The position numbers and the translations under genes are program-made. From Eledone cirrhosa (taxonomy: Eukaryota), in the NCBI GenBank assembly GCA_964016885.1, contig OZ024741.1, positions 354,392,001-354,456,000 of the forward strand: a DNA stretch of 64,000 nt, read 5' to 3'. Shown here in pieces: positions 11,592-25,196 of this stretch (positions within the stretch are counted from its first letter, which is position 1; each line of letters opens with the position of its first letter). The notes beneath the pieces are model-generated. The model saw only the letters and a list, made by a program, of their open reading frames with translations. It was not told the DNA's origin and made no database searches.

Positions 11592-13709
11592 GAAATAGTT
11601 GCTGAGATGCTGAAGGCATCTGGTTCGGTGGGACACACCATGGTCACCCGGATAGTTAACCAAGTCGTACAGAATGGGGTTGTTCCGAAGAAATGGGGTT
11701 GTTCCGAAGGAATGGCGTAGCAGCATCATCGTTAACTGCTATAAGGGAAAAGGAGATGCCCTAGATAGGAGTAACTATAGAGGCATTAAATTAATCGACC
11801 AGGTCATGAAGGTCACGGAAAAAGTAATAGCGCAACTAATCAGAGAGAGAATTGATCTAGATGAAATGCAGTTCGGGTTTGTGTCAGGCAAAAGTACCAC
11901 AGACGCTCTTTTCATTGTACGACAACTACAGGAGAAGTACCTAGCTAAAAGTAAACCCCTATACTTAGCTTTTGTCGACTTGGAGAAAGCCTTCGACAGA
12001 GTCCCCCGTTCCATTATCTGGTGGTCTCTTAGAAAACTAGGTGTTGACGAATGGCTTGTGAGAGCTATACAAGCCATGTATAAAGAAACAGTCAGTAAGG
12101 TTAGAATTAACAACGAATATAGTGAAGAGTTTAGCGTAAAAGTTGGTGTCCACCAGGGCTCTGTACTTAGCCCCCTACTATTTATTATTGCCCTTCAGGC
12201 TATAACAGAGGAGTTCAAGACCGGCTGCCCATGGGAACTCCTATACGCAGATGATCTAACGCTCATAGCTGAATCAATGACCGAACTAGAGAAGAAATTC
12301 CAAACGTGGAAGCACGGCCTAGAATCAAAAGGCCTTAAAATTAACCTGGCTAAGACTAAAGTTCTAGTTTGTAGGAAAGAAAATAAGGCGGCGGTCCCAT
12401 CGGGGAAATGGCCATGCTCAGTGTGTAGGAAAGGCGTAGGTAGAAACTCCATTTTATGTCCCAAATGCAAAGTATGGGTGCATAAAAGATGTAGTGGGAT
12501 CACAGGTAAGCTAACTAAGAACATAGATTTTACATGTGGCCGGTGCTCTGGTGCAATAAGTAGCAGCAAGTGCCCACAAAATACTAGCTCCTTCAACTGC
12601 GCAGAGGGTTCTATAGAAATAGTGGACAGCTTCCGTTATCTGGGTGACAAAATCAGCAGTGGGGGAGGGTGCTCTGAAAGTACAGTAGCTAGAGTCAGAA
12701 CTGGATGGAAAAAGTTCAGAGAGCTTATACCACTATTAGCCGCTAGAGGGTTCTCCCTAAAAATGAAGGGCAGGTTATACGATGCCTGCATACGAACAGC
12801 AATGCTGCATGGCAGTGAGACCTGGGCATTGTGTGCAGAGGATATACGCAGACTAGAGAGGAACGAAGCTTGCATGCTCCGCTGGATGTGCAATAGTAAT
12901 ATACGTGAACGGCAAAGCATAAACGAACTAAGGAAAAAATTAGAAATAAGAGGGATCAGATGTTGTTTACTCGAGAGAAGGCTACGTTGGTACGGTCACG
13001 TGATGCGCATGAAAGACGACAGCTGTATAACAAAGTGCAGGGCAATAAAGATAGACGGTAGCCACGGAGTAGGCAGACCCAGAAAAACATGGGACGAGCT
13101 GATAAATTCCGACCTCACACGCTTACACCTCTCCAAGACAATGTCACTGGACCGAGACCTTTGGCGGTACTCAGTAATAGAGAAGACCCGCCTTACCTAA
13201 ATACAAAGTAAAAACCTACTACAGTCAGTAGGCACCTCTATCAAAACACACCCCCGTCCCACCACCTCCACCCCACCCACACCGCCCCTTTCAATGTAAA
13301 GTTATGTTGGTCCCACAACATCCAGGCCGAAACAAATGAGATCGTGTAGGTGTCACGACAAAAAACACACAGTCCACGCTGTAAATGTGGCCGTGTAGGC
13401 AACACGGTAAAAACCTCCCAGCCCCACACTGTAAATGTGGTTGGTGTTAGGAAGGGCATCCAGCTGTAGAAAACCCGCCAGACAGTCCACGCTGTAATGT
13501 GGCCGTGTAGGCAACACGGTAAAAACCTCCCAGCCCCACACTGTAAATGTGGTTGGTGTTAGGAAGGGCATCCAACTGTAGAAAACCCGCCAGACAGTCC
13601 TATGCGAGCAAGACAACCACTCTTGCCTCAAGTGGGAAAACCCCCGTCCAAACCCATGCAAGCGTGGAACACGGACGCTAAACCTGATGATGATGATGAT
13701 GATGATGAT
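11592..13709 (+). mobile_element. RTE-clade LINE, 5'-truncated, RT plus PHD ORF (11674-13200) intact, (GAT)n tail
   Basis: RT motifs [23 protein letters not shown]; RRLRWYGHV/GRPRKTW C-terminus; TSD gatattag 11584-11591 and 13707-13714. Confidence 0.96.
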
Positions 13710-14675
13710 ATTAGATTTCAGTAGTTAAATATTTATCATTTGTTATTATGTTGATAGTTATTTCACTAAACTTCTCATAATTGTTGATTATTTTGATAAT
13801 TAAAACACAAAGGCAGTATATTCTTGTGAGAAGTATGGTGACGAAAGGGTTGATAAAATGTTTTAAGATAAAGAAGAGTTCAAAAAGGTCAAATTGAATA
13901 GTAAAACAAGTTAGGCAATAAAATATTTCAAAAATGTGAACTATGCTTTCTAAGATGTTTCTTGTATTATAATTTTAACACTTATATTATTTAGTGTAAA
14001 TTATCTGATATATTATTGGGTACTGATGGTGTACTGTTGCAGTCTGCATAGAAACATAGGGAAAGATAAAATTATTGATCTAAGTAAAAAAACTTTGACA
14101 TAATCTGTTGAGATACAAGCATTTCCATGTAAGTCCCATGACAAGCTTTTCTATTTTTCCCTATTGTTTGCACCTCTCCTCCTCACCAACCTCATGGCTT
14201 TCATTTCCTCCTCCATCATCTTTAGCTATGTTATTCTTGTTGAAATCCAGCTGGCATTTAACCAGAAGGTAGATTTACTTATTGAACCAGATGAGAAGTA
14301 TTTGAAATGGGTTTTGAATGATTGCACATTACTTTTATTGTGCATTTAAAATAATTGGTTAGCTTGGAAAAATAAAAATAACATGCTGGTTTTGAATTTA
14401 GATTGTAATTTTTCAAAGCAGTTTGTGTTAAACAACTTAAGTAAATAAAATGACTGAGAGTTTGGGGAATAGTTGTTGTATGAACTGAAATGAGAGTTTT
14501 CTGAGGGATGTTGAAAAAGAAGATTCTAGTTATGTTTTGTTACAATGGCAATATTAATTATATTAATTGCATTACATATAATATCCCCATATGGTTCAAC
14601 TTACTGAATTTATTATTGTTAATGTGTAATGGTGGAAAATGAAGTTTTATTTCCTCAGTGTATGTGCATCAGAAT

Positions 14676-17600
14676 AATAATAATAATAATGAAATTATTG
14701 TGTAAAGTGCTCAGGTGCACTACAACTCGTCAAAGGTGTATGTATAGTACATAGAATAATACACAAATGTCAGGGAAGTACATGTGTGTATGTGTTAGCT
14801 GTAGTGTTGGCGGATCTCGGGAAGCATGGAGGCCTTAATGGATGCAGTGTCACGACAGCTAACAACTGATGCAGGTAGTTTGTTCCATGTTTCAGCAACT
14901 CTGAGCGTGAAAAAATGTTTCCGAAAGTCATGGGAGCTGTGCTGTCTTCTTACTTTGTGGGCATGTCCACGTGTGTTAGACACATGGAAATCAAAAAGGT
15001 ACTCAGGGTTGTTGTTGGCAACATGGTTAACAATTTTGTGGGTGTTTACCAAGTCAGTTGCCAGGCGTCGGAGCTTCAATGAATCCATGCCCAGGGAAGC
15101 AAGACGCTCAGATTATGGTAGATGGCTGATGGAGGGTATTCGCTTGGTTGCACGTCTCTGAACAGTTTCCAGGCAGTCAATGTTCTGAGCAAGATAGGGG
15201 TTCCAGACTGGTGATGCAAATTCTAAGTGTGGTCGCACCATAGCTGTATACAGTCTTAAATAGATATCTGGAGAGCGGCTGACAAAGGTCTTGCTGAGTG
15301 ATGCTAAGACACCCTCAGCCCTCTTGACAATTTTAGAGACATGCCTCGTCCAACGCAAATCGCTGCTGACCGTAATGCCCAAGTCACGTTCACAGGAAGA
15401 CTTCTTGATATTAGTGCTGTGGAGGGAGTATGTGGACGCTGGGTTTTTACTCCCAAAATGCATGGTGGTGCAGTTGTCCACAGCTAGCTTGAGTTGCCAG
15501 TCTGAGATCCATTGTTGCATTGTGTCCAGATCAGACTGCAAGCAAGATCTATAGTGTTCAGGATCTGTCCTTTTTATCTCAAGGTACAGCTTGATGTCGT
15601 CTGCATACTTTAGTACTGTGGCATTCCTTAAGTTGGCATCTATGTCATTAATATATGCCACAAACAAAAGGGGGCCAAGAACAGATCCCTGTGGTACACC
15701 AGATGACATCTCATATGGTGAGGAATGCTGTCCCAGAACCGTGACTACCTCTCTTCGACTGAGAATGAAGGACTTCAACCAGTTAAAAAGATCATCCTTC
15801 ACACCCATTGCAGAGAGTTTTGCCATAAGCCTTTTGTGTGGCACAGAATTGAAGGCCTTCGCAAAGTCAAGGTAAACAACATCCACCCATGAGCCGCCAT
15901 CAGTGATCCGGGTGATGTCTTCAAGAAACTCTATAAGTTGATCACAGCAGCTGGAGTTGGGGATAAATCCAAATTGCGAGGGCCGGATAAGACTGTGAGA
16001 GCTCCAGAAGTTCCAAAGTGTTTCTCTGACACAGGATTCCATCAGTTTGGCGATGCAACTAGTAAGACTGACTGGACGATAGTTCACAGGTGATGTGCGG
16101 TCACCCTTTTTTAACAGAGGAATGACACTGGCAGTTTTCCACTGTTCTGGAGTAGCACTGTTGTTCAGACAGAATTGGAAGAAGCGTGATAACTGGTGTA
16201 GAAGGAAGTACCCACCACGTTTAAGAAGCAGGTACGTAACACCATCAAGACCAGGAGAGGCATGGTTGCGTTTATTTTTTAGGTGACGTCACAGCATTGC
16301 AGGTGTAAATTCCATGGTTGTAATAGAGTTCGGTGTCATAGGTGGTGGAGATGGTACACTCTGGTCTTCAATAGTGAAAATGCCTGCATAGCATTCAGCA
16401 ATGAGCTCTGCGCATTCCTTGGGGTCGTCAGTAACCTGGCTTGGGTGGGGATTGCGAAGAGGACCAACTGGAGAGTGAGGCCTCTGCTTTGAGTGAACAT
16501 ACTTCCAGAACACCTTACTGTCAGGGCTGGTTGCTATGCGCTGCTCAAATTGAAGCACTGCCTATTTTGTCACCTGTTTGAGGTGGTTGGACGATCTATT
16601 TCGCCTCTTCCTATTAATGTCTGATTTGTGAAGTTTGTACTCACGTTCAGCATTGTGCCGTTCTTTTCTGGCAAGACGGACTGCTGCAGTCTCCCAAATT
16701 GCGCTTTTGGGATGTTTTTCCCCGCTTATGTGGCATCGATGTTGCACATGCTGTCCATATTGAGCTCAGGATGTTCTGGAGTACAGTGTTGACATCTCCA
16801 GAGTCGTAGAACTCAAGCCAGTTTGGCCGTTGCAACTCAGTGCAGTAACAGTTCCAGTCTGCTTTATTCCAGTCAAAGTGAGCAGTTTGGAGATGGTTGT
16901 GGTTCTTGTTACTGCCCATGAGGGATAGATTGGCAATGATCATAGCATGATCAGAGTCACCTAAAGGTTCCTCAGCAGTAACACTAATGACCGTTTCAGG
17001 AGTAGTGGTGAAGAGTAGGTCCAAAGTGTTGTCACCTCTCGTTGGGGAGGTGACCACCTGGGACCATCTCGAGTCCAGCACTAGCTCAAGGAAGTCATTT
17101 GCACTTGGCGGCCAACGAAAGGTTTCCCAGTCAATCTCAGGGTGATTGAAGTCACCTGCAATGAAAACATAAGTGGCTGTCTTCCTGGCAGCAGCTCTGA
17201 GGATATCACAAAGTTGAGTGTCTTGATGGTAATTTGGGGGACGGTAAACGACTCCAAGTAGCAGTGTTGACATGGTCATACGTATATCGCAGAAAAAAAC
17301 TTCCTGCTGTGATTGGTTCAAATCAGCACAAGGAATTGCCGACAAATTTGACCGAACGTAGACCATTACACCACCACCACGATGATTAATGCGGTCTTTA
17401 CGAAACAGGTTGTAGCCAGTCATGCTGAAAACCCCATCACAGAGTAAAGGATGTGCCCAAGTTTCCGTGACTGTAATGAGGTCAGGGTTGATACTTTTGA
17501 TGTAGGAGTCAAAAAGATAAATCTTATTGCATAGACTACGTGCATTCAAGGACAACAATTTGTACCTTGATTCCAGTCTATGATTATGTGCAGGGGATGG

Positions 17601-19913
17601 CAGGTTGTCCTGATTTAGTTTCCCAGGGTTTTTTCAGTTTCTTTATTGTCAGTTGTTGTGGGTACAGTGTTTTCAGACCAGCTGGTGTCTCTTTTCCATG
17701 ATTCGCCAGCCTTAACAAACTTCCATATATGCCCATCATCTCGTAGGCTGAAGCTTTCATGTTCTGCCGAGCTGCGGTTTAAGGAAGCTGCAGCACGCAA
17801 CTTTGGGCGGACATCAGGTGGAAGACCAGGGCGTGTTCGGAAAGCAATCCGACTTTCACGCCTTGCTTTATCAGAGGCTACAAGGTATGAACGTGCCTCA
17901 GTTGAGTTTGAAAACGACAGTCTAATTAACCTGGGTTTCGGGCCTGGTCGGCCAAGGCGTAGAGCATCCTTTGCGGGAGCACAGCCCAGGTCTTTGGATG
18001 AACTGGCAGCAAATGCCTGAAGATCAACTATGTCTTCTGGTACACCAATGGCAATCACTTCGTGGTTTGCAGATTCAGTGGCATTCTCAATGCGTTTAGG
18101 TTCAACATGAGGTACGCGGAGATTTTTTAACAAGGCACTCCGGTAAGATCCCTCGTTGTGGGGTTCTACATTTTATTTCTGCTATTTCTTGGCTTAAAGC
18201 GGAAATCATTTGCCGTATTTCCTCAAACTCCGTATTGACGGTCGGTTTTTGTTGTTCTTTTCCTTCAACAGGCATGGTAGAAGACACAGTCGTCGGTTGT
18301 TGTTGTTGAAAAGTAACGGGTGAGGAAGACATGGGTTGCTGTTGTTGATGAAGTCCTTCAATGGGGGTAGTAGCAGAAGCTACGGTCGTTGGTTTTTGCT
18401 GTTGTTCAGGAACAATGGTAGAGGAAGACACGATCCTTGGTTTTTGTTGTTGTTGTTTGGGAACAATGGTAGAAGACACGATCTTCGGTCTTTGTTGTTG
18501 TTGTTGTTCCGCAGCAATGGGAGAAGCAGGCATACAGTCCAGGCACTGAAAGGACCAGTTTGTTAGCTGGACCATCTCCCAGAGTCTATCCATCGTAGCA
18601 ATTTGATGTTTCTTGTTTTGGCCTGGGATCTTCTGGAAGCCTGTGGCGCATTGAAGGCAGACAGAGATGTGACAGGTTCCACATTCGACCCAACGATTAC
18701 GGAACGAGTTTTCGGGTTCCGTACAGGTATGGCAGGTGTGATCTTCTGGGCAATGTTCTATTTTGGAACATCGACCAGTTTTGTCGCATACTTCATCGAT
18801 GGATATCACCATGGCAATTTTGTTATTTCTGCCCATCCGTAGAAAAACACAGAATGTAAACAATATAGGTTTAGCGCACTTGATTACGATAGAAATAAAA
18901 TGTCTTTTTTGTTTTGTTTTTTTGTGTATTTTGTTTCCGTTTTCCTAAATGTTGTGTGTGTACAGAAGAGTCTGTGCATGTAAACAAATAAATATACTGC
19001 GTAAGTTAAATGAAACGTACTGTAGAAGGCAACTGTTTATTAACAGCGAAATAACGTTTTTTTTCCTGATACTGCTTCTTTATAATAAACTTTCAATAAT
19101 ATTTTTCAAATTATTAACTTTCAGCTGCTAGTATATATATATAATTAAAAGGTGTATGTGGGTTAGAAGCGAAGTCAATGTTCAGAAATATTTTACCAAT
19201 GTACGTAAGATTGGCCGGCATAGTGTCTCACACGAAATAGTGTGGTTTCTTTTCACGTGTGTGTATATGCATATGGTATATATCTGTATATAAATCTGTG
19301 TGTATATTGTTGTTTATGTTTTGTGGAGTACTTACTGCGATCCCTAAGGGATGTAGTGATTTGTTTATTTTCCTTTTTCCCCATCCATGTCCACACATGG
19401 TTTGTTGGCGAAAATCAAGTCAAATTATATATACTTTGTTAAGATAATTCTATCTTGAAACTGGTACTAGTTGTTAGGGAACAGTCAAAGTAATTGTAAT
19501 AATGAATATTGTAATCCATCTGACATGTGTTTAAAGGGCAGTTTTTGGTGAAAATATTATATTTGGTGAAAATATTATATTTTGTTTGGTCAAGACGTGG
19601 TCAAGGGACCTTCCTTGTCGCCATTGGATTGGCAGTATCGGTAGAGGGTCGGACGCCATGCTTTCCAGCATAGTTACGTCCCTTTACGATCTGAGTTCAA
19701 ATCCCGCCGAGGTTGACTTTGCCTTTCATCCTTACGGGGTCGATAAAATAAAGTACCAGTAATGCACTGGGTAATTGCTGGCCTTGTGCCAAAAGTAGAA
19801 ACAATTAATTATAAATATATTCATTAAATAATGGAATCCTTACAAGATGCCTCATTAATGATACACTAATTTCCTGAGATTTCCTGAATGTTTAACCATT
19901 CATTGTATGTTCT
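14676..19913 (-). mobile_element. Full-length CR1-like LINE: ORF1 (about 18836-17615, one frameshift), ORF2 APE+RT (about 17560-14795, several stops/frameshifts), (ATT)n tail
   Basis: APE motifs NARSL, TETW, YRPP, GDFN, SDH; RT motifs YLDFAKAF, SGVPQGSVLGP, YADD; 18-bp TSD gtgtatgtgcatcagaat at 14658-14675 and 19914-19931. Confidence 0.92.
19625..19807 (+). mobile_element. tRNA-derived SINE inside the TSD-bounded CR1-like insertion
   Basis: Near-identical to the SINEs at 10468 and 11163. Confidence 0.92.
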
Positions 19914-20357
19914 GTGTATGTGCATCAGAATGTTTCACCATTCATTGTATGTTCTGTTTTGTCAAGATACACTGTATGAGATAAACTGCATGACAGTATG
20001 AGTGGTGCTTATGAGTATACTAAAATACAAAAGCATTTGTTCAAAATTTGATATGATTTTACCTACAACCATTGTAAAACATGACCAAAACATTGGAATT
20101 ATGAAAGATTATAATGTCTGTGTCTGGCAGTAGGAAATAGACTGTCTGTATGAAGGTAATAGTGCTGGTGCTATGACAGGAAACACACAGATTAAGAAGG
20201 GCATCCTGCTGAAGAAAGCCAAGCCCAAAAAGGATCATATGAATAGGATGTGGTCACCATATCTGCTTGGCTTCAAAATATGACAACCCGTCTAACTCAT
20301 GCAAGCATGGAAAATAGGCATTAAATGATGATGACGATGAAGTGATGTATAGAGTTA

Positions 20358-20693
<336 letters not shown>

Positions 20694-21034
20694 TCATTTA
20701 TTCTCTTACTTGTTTCAGACAGCTGACTGTGGCCATATGTATACACACACAAGAAATAGTTATCTGCTGAGACAACAGCAAATGCTTGTAGCATTTTCAT
20801 GAAGTTATGTTTGCTTTTATTCCTTTTTCTCAAATTGCTGCTTATATTTCAGTGTTTGAGCATGTGCAATATTATGGATAATTTTAATCAAATGCAGGTG
20901 CACTGAATTTAGTTATTCACCTTTCATATATTTATTTGTTTATTTTTATTCATATATTTATACATCTTAATATATACTTGCCTACTGTTATCCACAATGG
21001 CAAATATATACTCCTAAAATTACCCATCATATAA

Positions 21035-21215
21035 ATGCTTAGCAGTATTTGTTCTAGCACTTTACATTCTGTGTTCAAATTCCACCAAGGTCAACTTTGC
21101 CTTTCATCCTTCTGCGGTCAATAAAATAAAGTACCAGTTAAGTACTGGGATTGATATAATTGACTTTCTCCTTCCCTCAAAAAATGCTGGTCTTGTGCCT
21201 AAGTTAAAAATCATT
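21035..21215 (+). mobile_element. Older tRNA-derived SINE
   Basis: gttcaaattcc..gcctttcatcc..aaagtaccag..cttgtgcctaa motifs. Confidence 0.8.
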
Positions 21216-21324
21216 ATTACAACTAGTAACCCGTTCAGTTAATGAAACAGAATTACTGAAAACAAAGAATTAGTAAACTGCAATTCTAAAAGTGGTGAGA
21301 ACACCTACAAAAGATATATATTAC

Positions 21325-21477
21325 CTGCAGCTGGTTCTGCGACAAGTGGGCTAGCAGAAGAACCCAATCGTTGAACCAAACTTCCAAGCTCATGAAGAGC
21401 ACACACCAACACATGTTGGCTGGCTGATACTTCAGAAGCTTGAACCTTTCCATCATTCGATTCCATCACAGCTTCTC
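21325..21477 (-). CDS. HEATR5B: HEATR5B exon (EAVMESNDG...[32 protein letters not shown])
   Basis: tttcag|GAGAAG...GCTGCAG|gtaata; 153 nt, phase 1->1; translated by hand (not in ORF track). Confidence 0.93.
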
Positions 21478-21977
21478 CTGAAAGTTACAATATAATTACA
21501 ACATAATAAAATATGATGTAAAACAATTGTTAAATATTTATAAGATGCTATATGAAGAATTTCTAAAATAAATGTTTTTATTATACAAACTATATTTTCT
21601 AAGTGATTATGAGAAGAAACTGTATATTAAATAGATACAAGATTTGTTTTTTTTAAAATTAAGTCTTTGAAATAATTTTGAAATTTTCAAACATATAATA
21701 TACTGTTCTTAATTAGCAGTAGCACGGATATGGTGTCATTCATAATAGAGGTGTATATGAAAGCATATACAATATGTTTATGTATAACAAACATAAGTTT
21801 CACTATAACTGTTTTAATCTGTGATCATATTACAGCTCCCTCACTAGCCATGTGAGAATGCCAAACACTAATGTTTCAGTATCTTTTATCCATCATCAGT
21901 GATGTTTACACACTCAGTACAGAGATTAGATAAGCTGAAATTCATATACTTTTTACATATAAACATATACTGGAGAA

Positions 21978-22222
21978 GTTCTTTTGCATACACTGAATAT
22001 TTGACTTGGCTGGGATTAATCAGAAGTAGCACTAACATAGCGCGATTCATAACAGAGGTATATATGAAGGTATATACAATATGTTTATGTATAATATGTA
22101 TATACAATATGCTTATGTATAATAAATATGTATAAGTTTTGCTATGAATGTTTTGGACATCTATTATGAATCATTGCTAATTAATCCCAGCCAAGTAAAG
22201 CATGCACTATATGCAAATGAAC
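21978..22222. mobile_element. MITE-like foldback element with ~45-bp imperfect terminal inverted repeats
   Basis: gttcttttgcata...acttggctgggattaat versus attaatcccagccaagt...tatgcaaatgaac; internal part repeated at about 21710-21800. Confidence 0.55.
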
Positions 22223-22736
22223 ATAAGGAGGAGGTAAAACAAACATCCTTTCTAGCTCTTTTCTCTCCCTCTCTCTCTCCAACTCACTCATAGTCTGGAC
22301 TGATCCACGTCTTTTTGAAACAATTTAAAGCAATGCAACGGAAGTGGAACTTGTCAATAAGCCAACTTGATGAAAGTAATGGTCATGTTTTGAACTTAGA
22401 TCTTCTCAGCAAAGTATATTCACTTAGGAAGTAGGCTAGACTAGAATATGACCAAATATATAGGAAATGTTTGCTTCTCAAGACCTGAACACTCTCTAAA
22501 GGGAGTTTCAACATTGAAATTGGGAAGATAGTCTCAGTTGATTGAAGTTTTTTTCCACTTACCATATTCAGACAGTGAGACTCTATATGTGTTTATACAC
22601 TTCTTGCAGGGTACACCCTTCAGGTATTTCTCCCTCTACCCTTTACTGATATATATAATCAGCACATAATTTATTTTCCATTTCCCACTAGTAATACATG
22701 AGTCAATTTAATTGTCTGTGATTTTTCTCTACAAAC

Positions 22737-22872
22737 TTGGGGAGGAGATGGGTACCACTAAGTATTTCTAAGGCCCATTGAATAGCTATAATGGCCTCAC
22801 AGTCGAATGACTATAGTGGCAACCTAACGACTGGCTGCATCAGTCATGGGAGCTTGATTAATTGATTGATTG
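22737..22872 (+). mobile_element. Short retroposed fragment with (ATTG)n tail
   Basis: Flanked by direct repeat tgatttt(t)ctctacaaa; ends in tgattgattgat. Confidence 0.5.
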
Positions 22873-23202
22873 ATTTTCTCTACAAATTGACAGCCTTCTA
22901 CTAATTAATAGTGCACATGTATGCATAACAAATACACACATGCACACATACACACATGAACACCTTCACACATCAACACTTGCGCACCGTCACACATCAA
23001 CACATGCACAAACAGATACACCTCCCACCCCCCACACAAACACACTTCCACACACACAAAACCATCATCACACACAGTCACCCAACATACATGTACACCC
23101 ACAAATACCCCTCATGCACAATACATACATACATACATGTGTACATGCAAACAAGCACATTACGTGCCAATGTTTCAGAATAAGGCCTTCTATGATACAT
23201 AC

Positions 23203-23452
23203 CAACTGCATTCATCTGTTTGATAATAATTTGGGCAATCTCTTTGGCAGCAGCAATTTGAGCTTTTTCTCCAAGAAGGGCACCGATAGTAGAACGTAGG
23301 ATGAACAGAACACACTTCCGAGCATAGACTGCATCTACATGGGTAGGGGTGGCCTTCGGGCTGCCCACCAAGTTTAGGACATGATTCAGGAATACAGGAA
23401 TGTTGCGTTCAAGCCATAATCCACCCATACATTTCACATATTCCACATAGGC
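23203..23452 (-). CDS. HEATR5B: HEATR5B exon ([17 protein letters not shown]...[14 protein letters not shown]...MNAV)
   Basis: caacag|GCCTAT...GCAGTTG|gtatgt; 250 nt, phase 0->1. Confidence 0.95.
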
Positions 23453-24356
23453 CTGTTGGATAGAGATTTATAACACATAAATAAACTATTAAATTAGAAA
23501 ACGTTTGCAATAAATAAGAGAAATAAAAAAAATTATATAACAAAAGTTAAGGGAAGGGAGGTGGAAACAACAGACTCTACATCTCAGTTTAGATGGGTGG
23601 CAGAGCCCAGGTTTGTGACCAAACTGATAAAGGCAGAGAATGTGTTGCACCATGTGACATCCCAGATTAAGAGATTTACACCTTTAAGAAGATGAAGAAA
23701 GAAAATGTTTAAAAAATGTCAAACAAGAAGGTAGAAAAAGAGGAAGGTGAAAAACGAAGAGGATATGGGGTGGGGGAGTTATGATGGTGATGATGAGAAG
23801 GATGATGTGGAGGAGGAAGCATTTTAAAAGTAATGTTCTAGTTTCAATCCTTTCAATATCAACCTTCATGAAACTCTTCTGATCATAGCACTAATCTACA
23901 TGAAACCATTTGTAGTAAAGTGTTTATAATTAACTATTAACATCCTGTAATGGTTTAGCAGGAAATATTTAAAAAAACCATGACTGTTTAATTAATAAAG
24001 CAGCATTTAATTTTCAATGAAGGAAGCTGAGGCAGGAGGGTGAAAATAGGCCAGTGGTTCATAGCTTATCAATGACACAAAATTGTTCATGGAGTTGAGA
24101 TGCTTAACTTTCAAAGGCAAAGACCAACAAATTATTACAGTGGAGTGGAATGGATCTCTGTCTTCACAATGAGTGTCCTAGTTGAACAGCCAGCTCATGA
24201 ACTAATGTTTAAGTAGCTGAACATTCTGCAAACATGTGTACCCTTAACATAATTCTCAGAAACATTCAGCAGTACACAGGTGGTTTACAAGTGATGGTAT
24301 ACAGATAGCAGAATAGAGATGGTGGTATACAGGTGGCAGCATACACGTAGTATATA

Positions 24357-24523
24357 CAGTGCCAGATTTACCATTGTGCTGAGGTGAGCTTAAGCACAGA
24401 GCCCCGTTGGCCAGTGGAACCCCATCTTCCTTCCATAAAAATTTTTTACAATGAATTTTTCAAATGTAAGGGGCCTCATAATTTAATTAGCACAGGGCCT
24501 CATTTATCCTAAATCCGGCACTG
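24357..24523. mobile_element. hAT-type MITE (167 bp)
   Basis: 14-bp TIR CAGTGCC(A/G)GATTTA; 8-bp TSD agtatata / agtataca. Confidence 0.88.
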
Positions 24524-24680
24524 AGTATACAGGTAATATAATTAACTACTGTGCAACACTGTCAAATTGCCAAGTATTTTGTTGATTATCACTGATGAAA
24601 ATTCTTCCGATGGGGAAAAAAGCTAACAACAATAAAAAAACTATTGGTTCTATTGAAGATGATATTAATTTTTCATCAGT

Positions 24681-24911
24681 TTAAACCTTTTGTTACTGTA
24701 TTTCTAATAAAATACACTGCCTGTATTTATCAATTAATTTTGAAAATTTGAAGAATTTAATTAGGTTGATTAGTAAATTGATGTTTGAAACATTACTTTA
24801 AAAAATTTCTTAAATAAAATCACTTTAATATAAGTATGAACATTTTAAAATGAGTAGCTGTGTATTATAAAACCAGAGCAGCTTCATGTGGGTTGCTATC
24901 AAAAGGGTTAA
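24681..24911. mobile_element. piggyBac-type MITE
   Basis: TTAAACCTTTTG...CAAAAGGGTTAA ends. Confidence 0.78.
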
Positions 24912-25050
24912 TGATTTCAAAATAGCAGTTAAGTACCAACCAGCCCTTTGGACAGGTTTTCTTCTTTTTAAGCATATTTCAATACTGATTAAGTGCAATC
25001 AATATAAGCTGAATCTAACTCAGGGAAGTAAAAGAGCATTAAATACTTAC

Positions 25051-25196
25051 ATGTGTCACACCAACTCTAATTTCTCGGTTTACATGTCCACTACCTTTGA
25101 TCATTTCTCCAGCAGCAGAGCTCTTTAAAAAGCCCAGCCCACCACGCAAGAAACCAGCTGCCAATATATTTAGAACTTCAACTTGCTTGCCTTTAC
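25051..25196 (-). CDS. HEATR5B: HEATR5B exon ([19 protein letters not shown]...[10 protein letters not shown])
   Basis: tttgaag|GTAAAG...ACACAT|gtaagt; 146 nt, phase 1->0. Confidence 0.9.

Noticed and set aside
11775-12920. Antisense ORFs overlapping RTE and CR1 coding regions (also near 15-18, 26-27, 50, 58 and 62 kb)
   Set aside because: Shadow frames of retroelement ORFs, recurring only because the elements are repeated.
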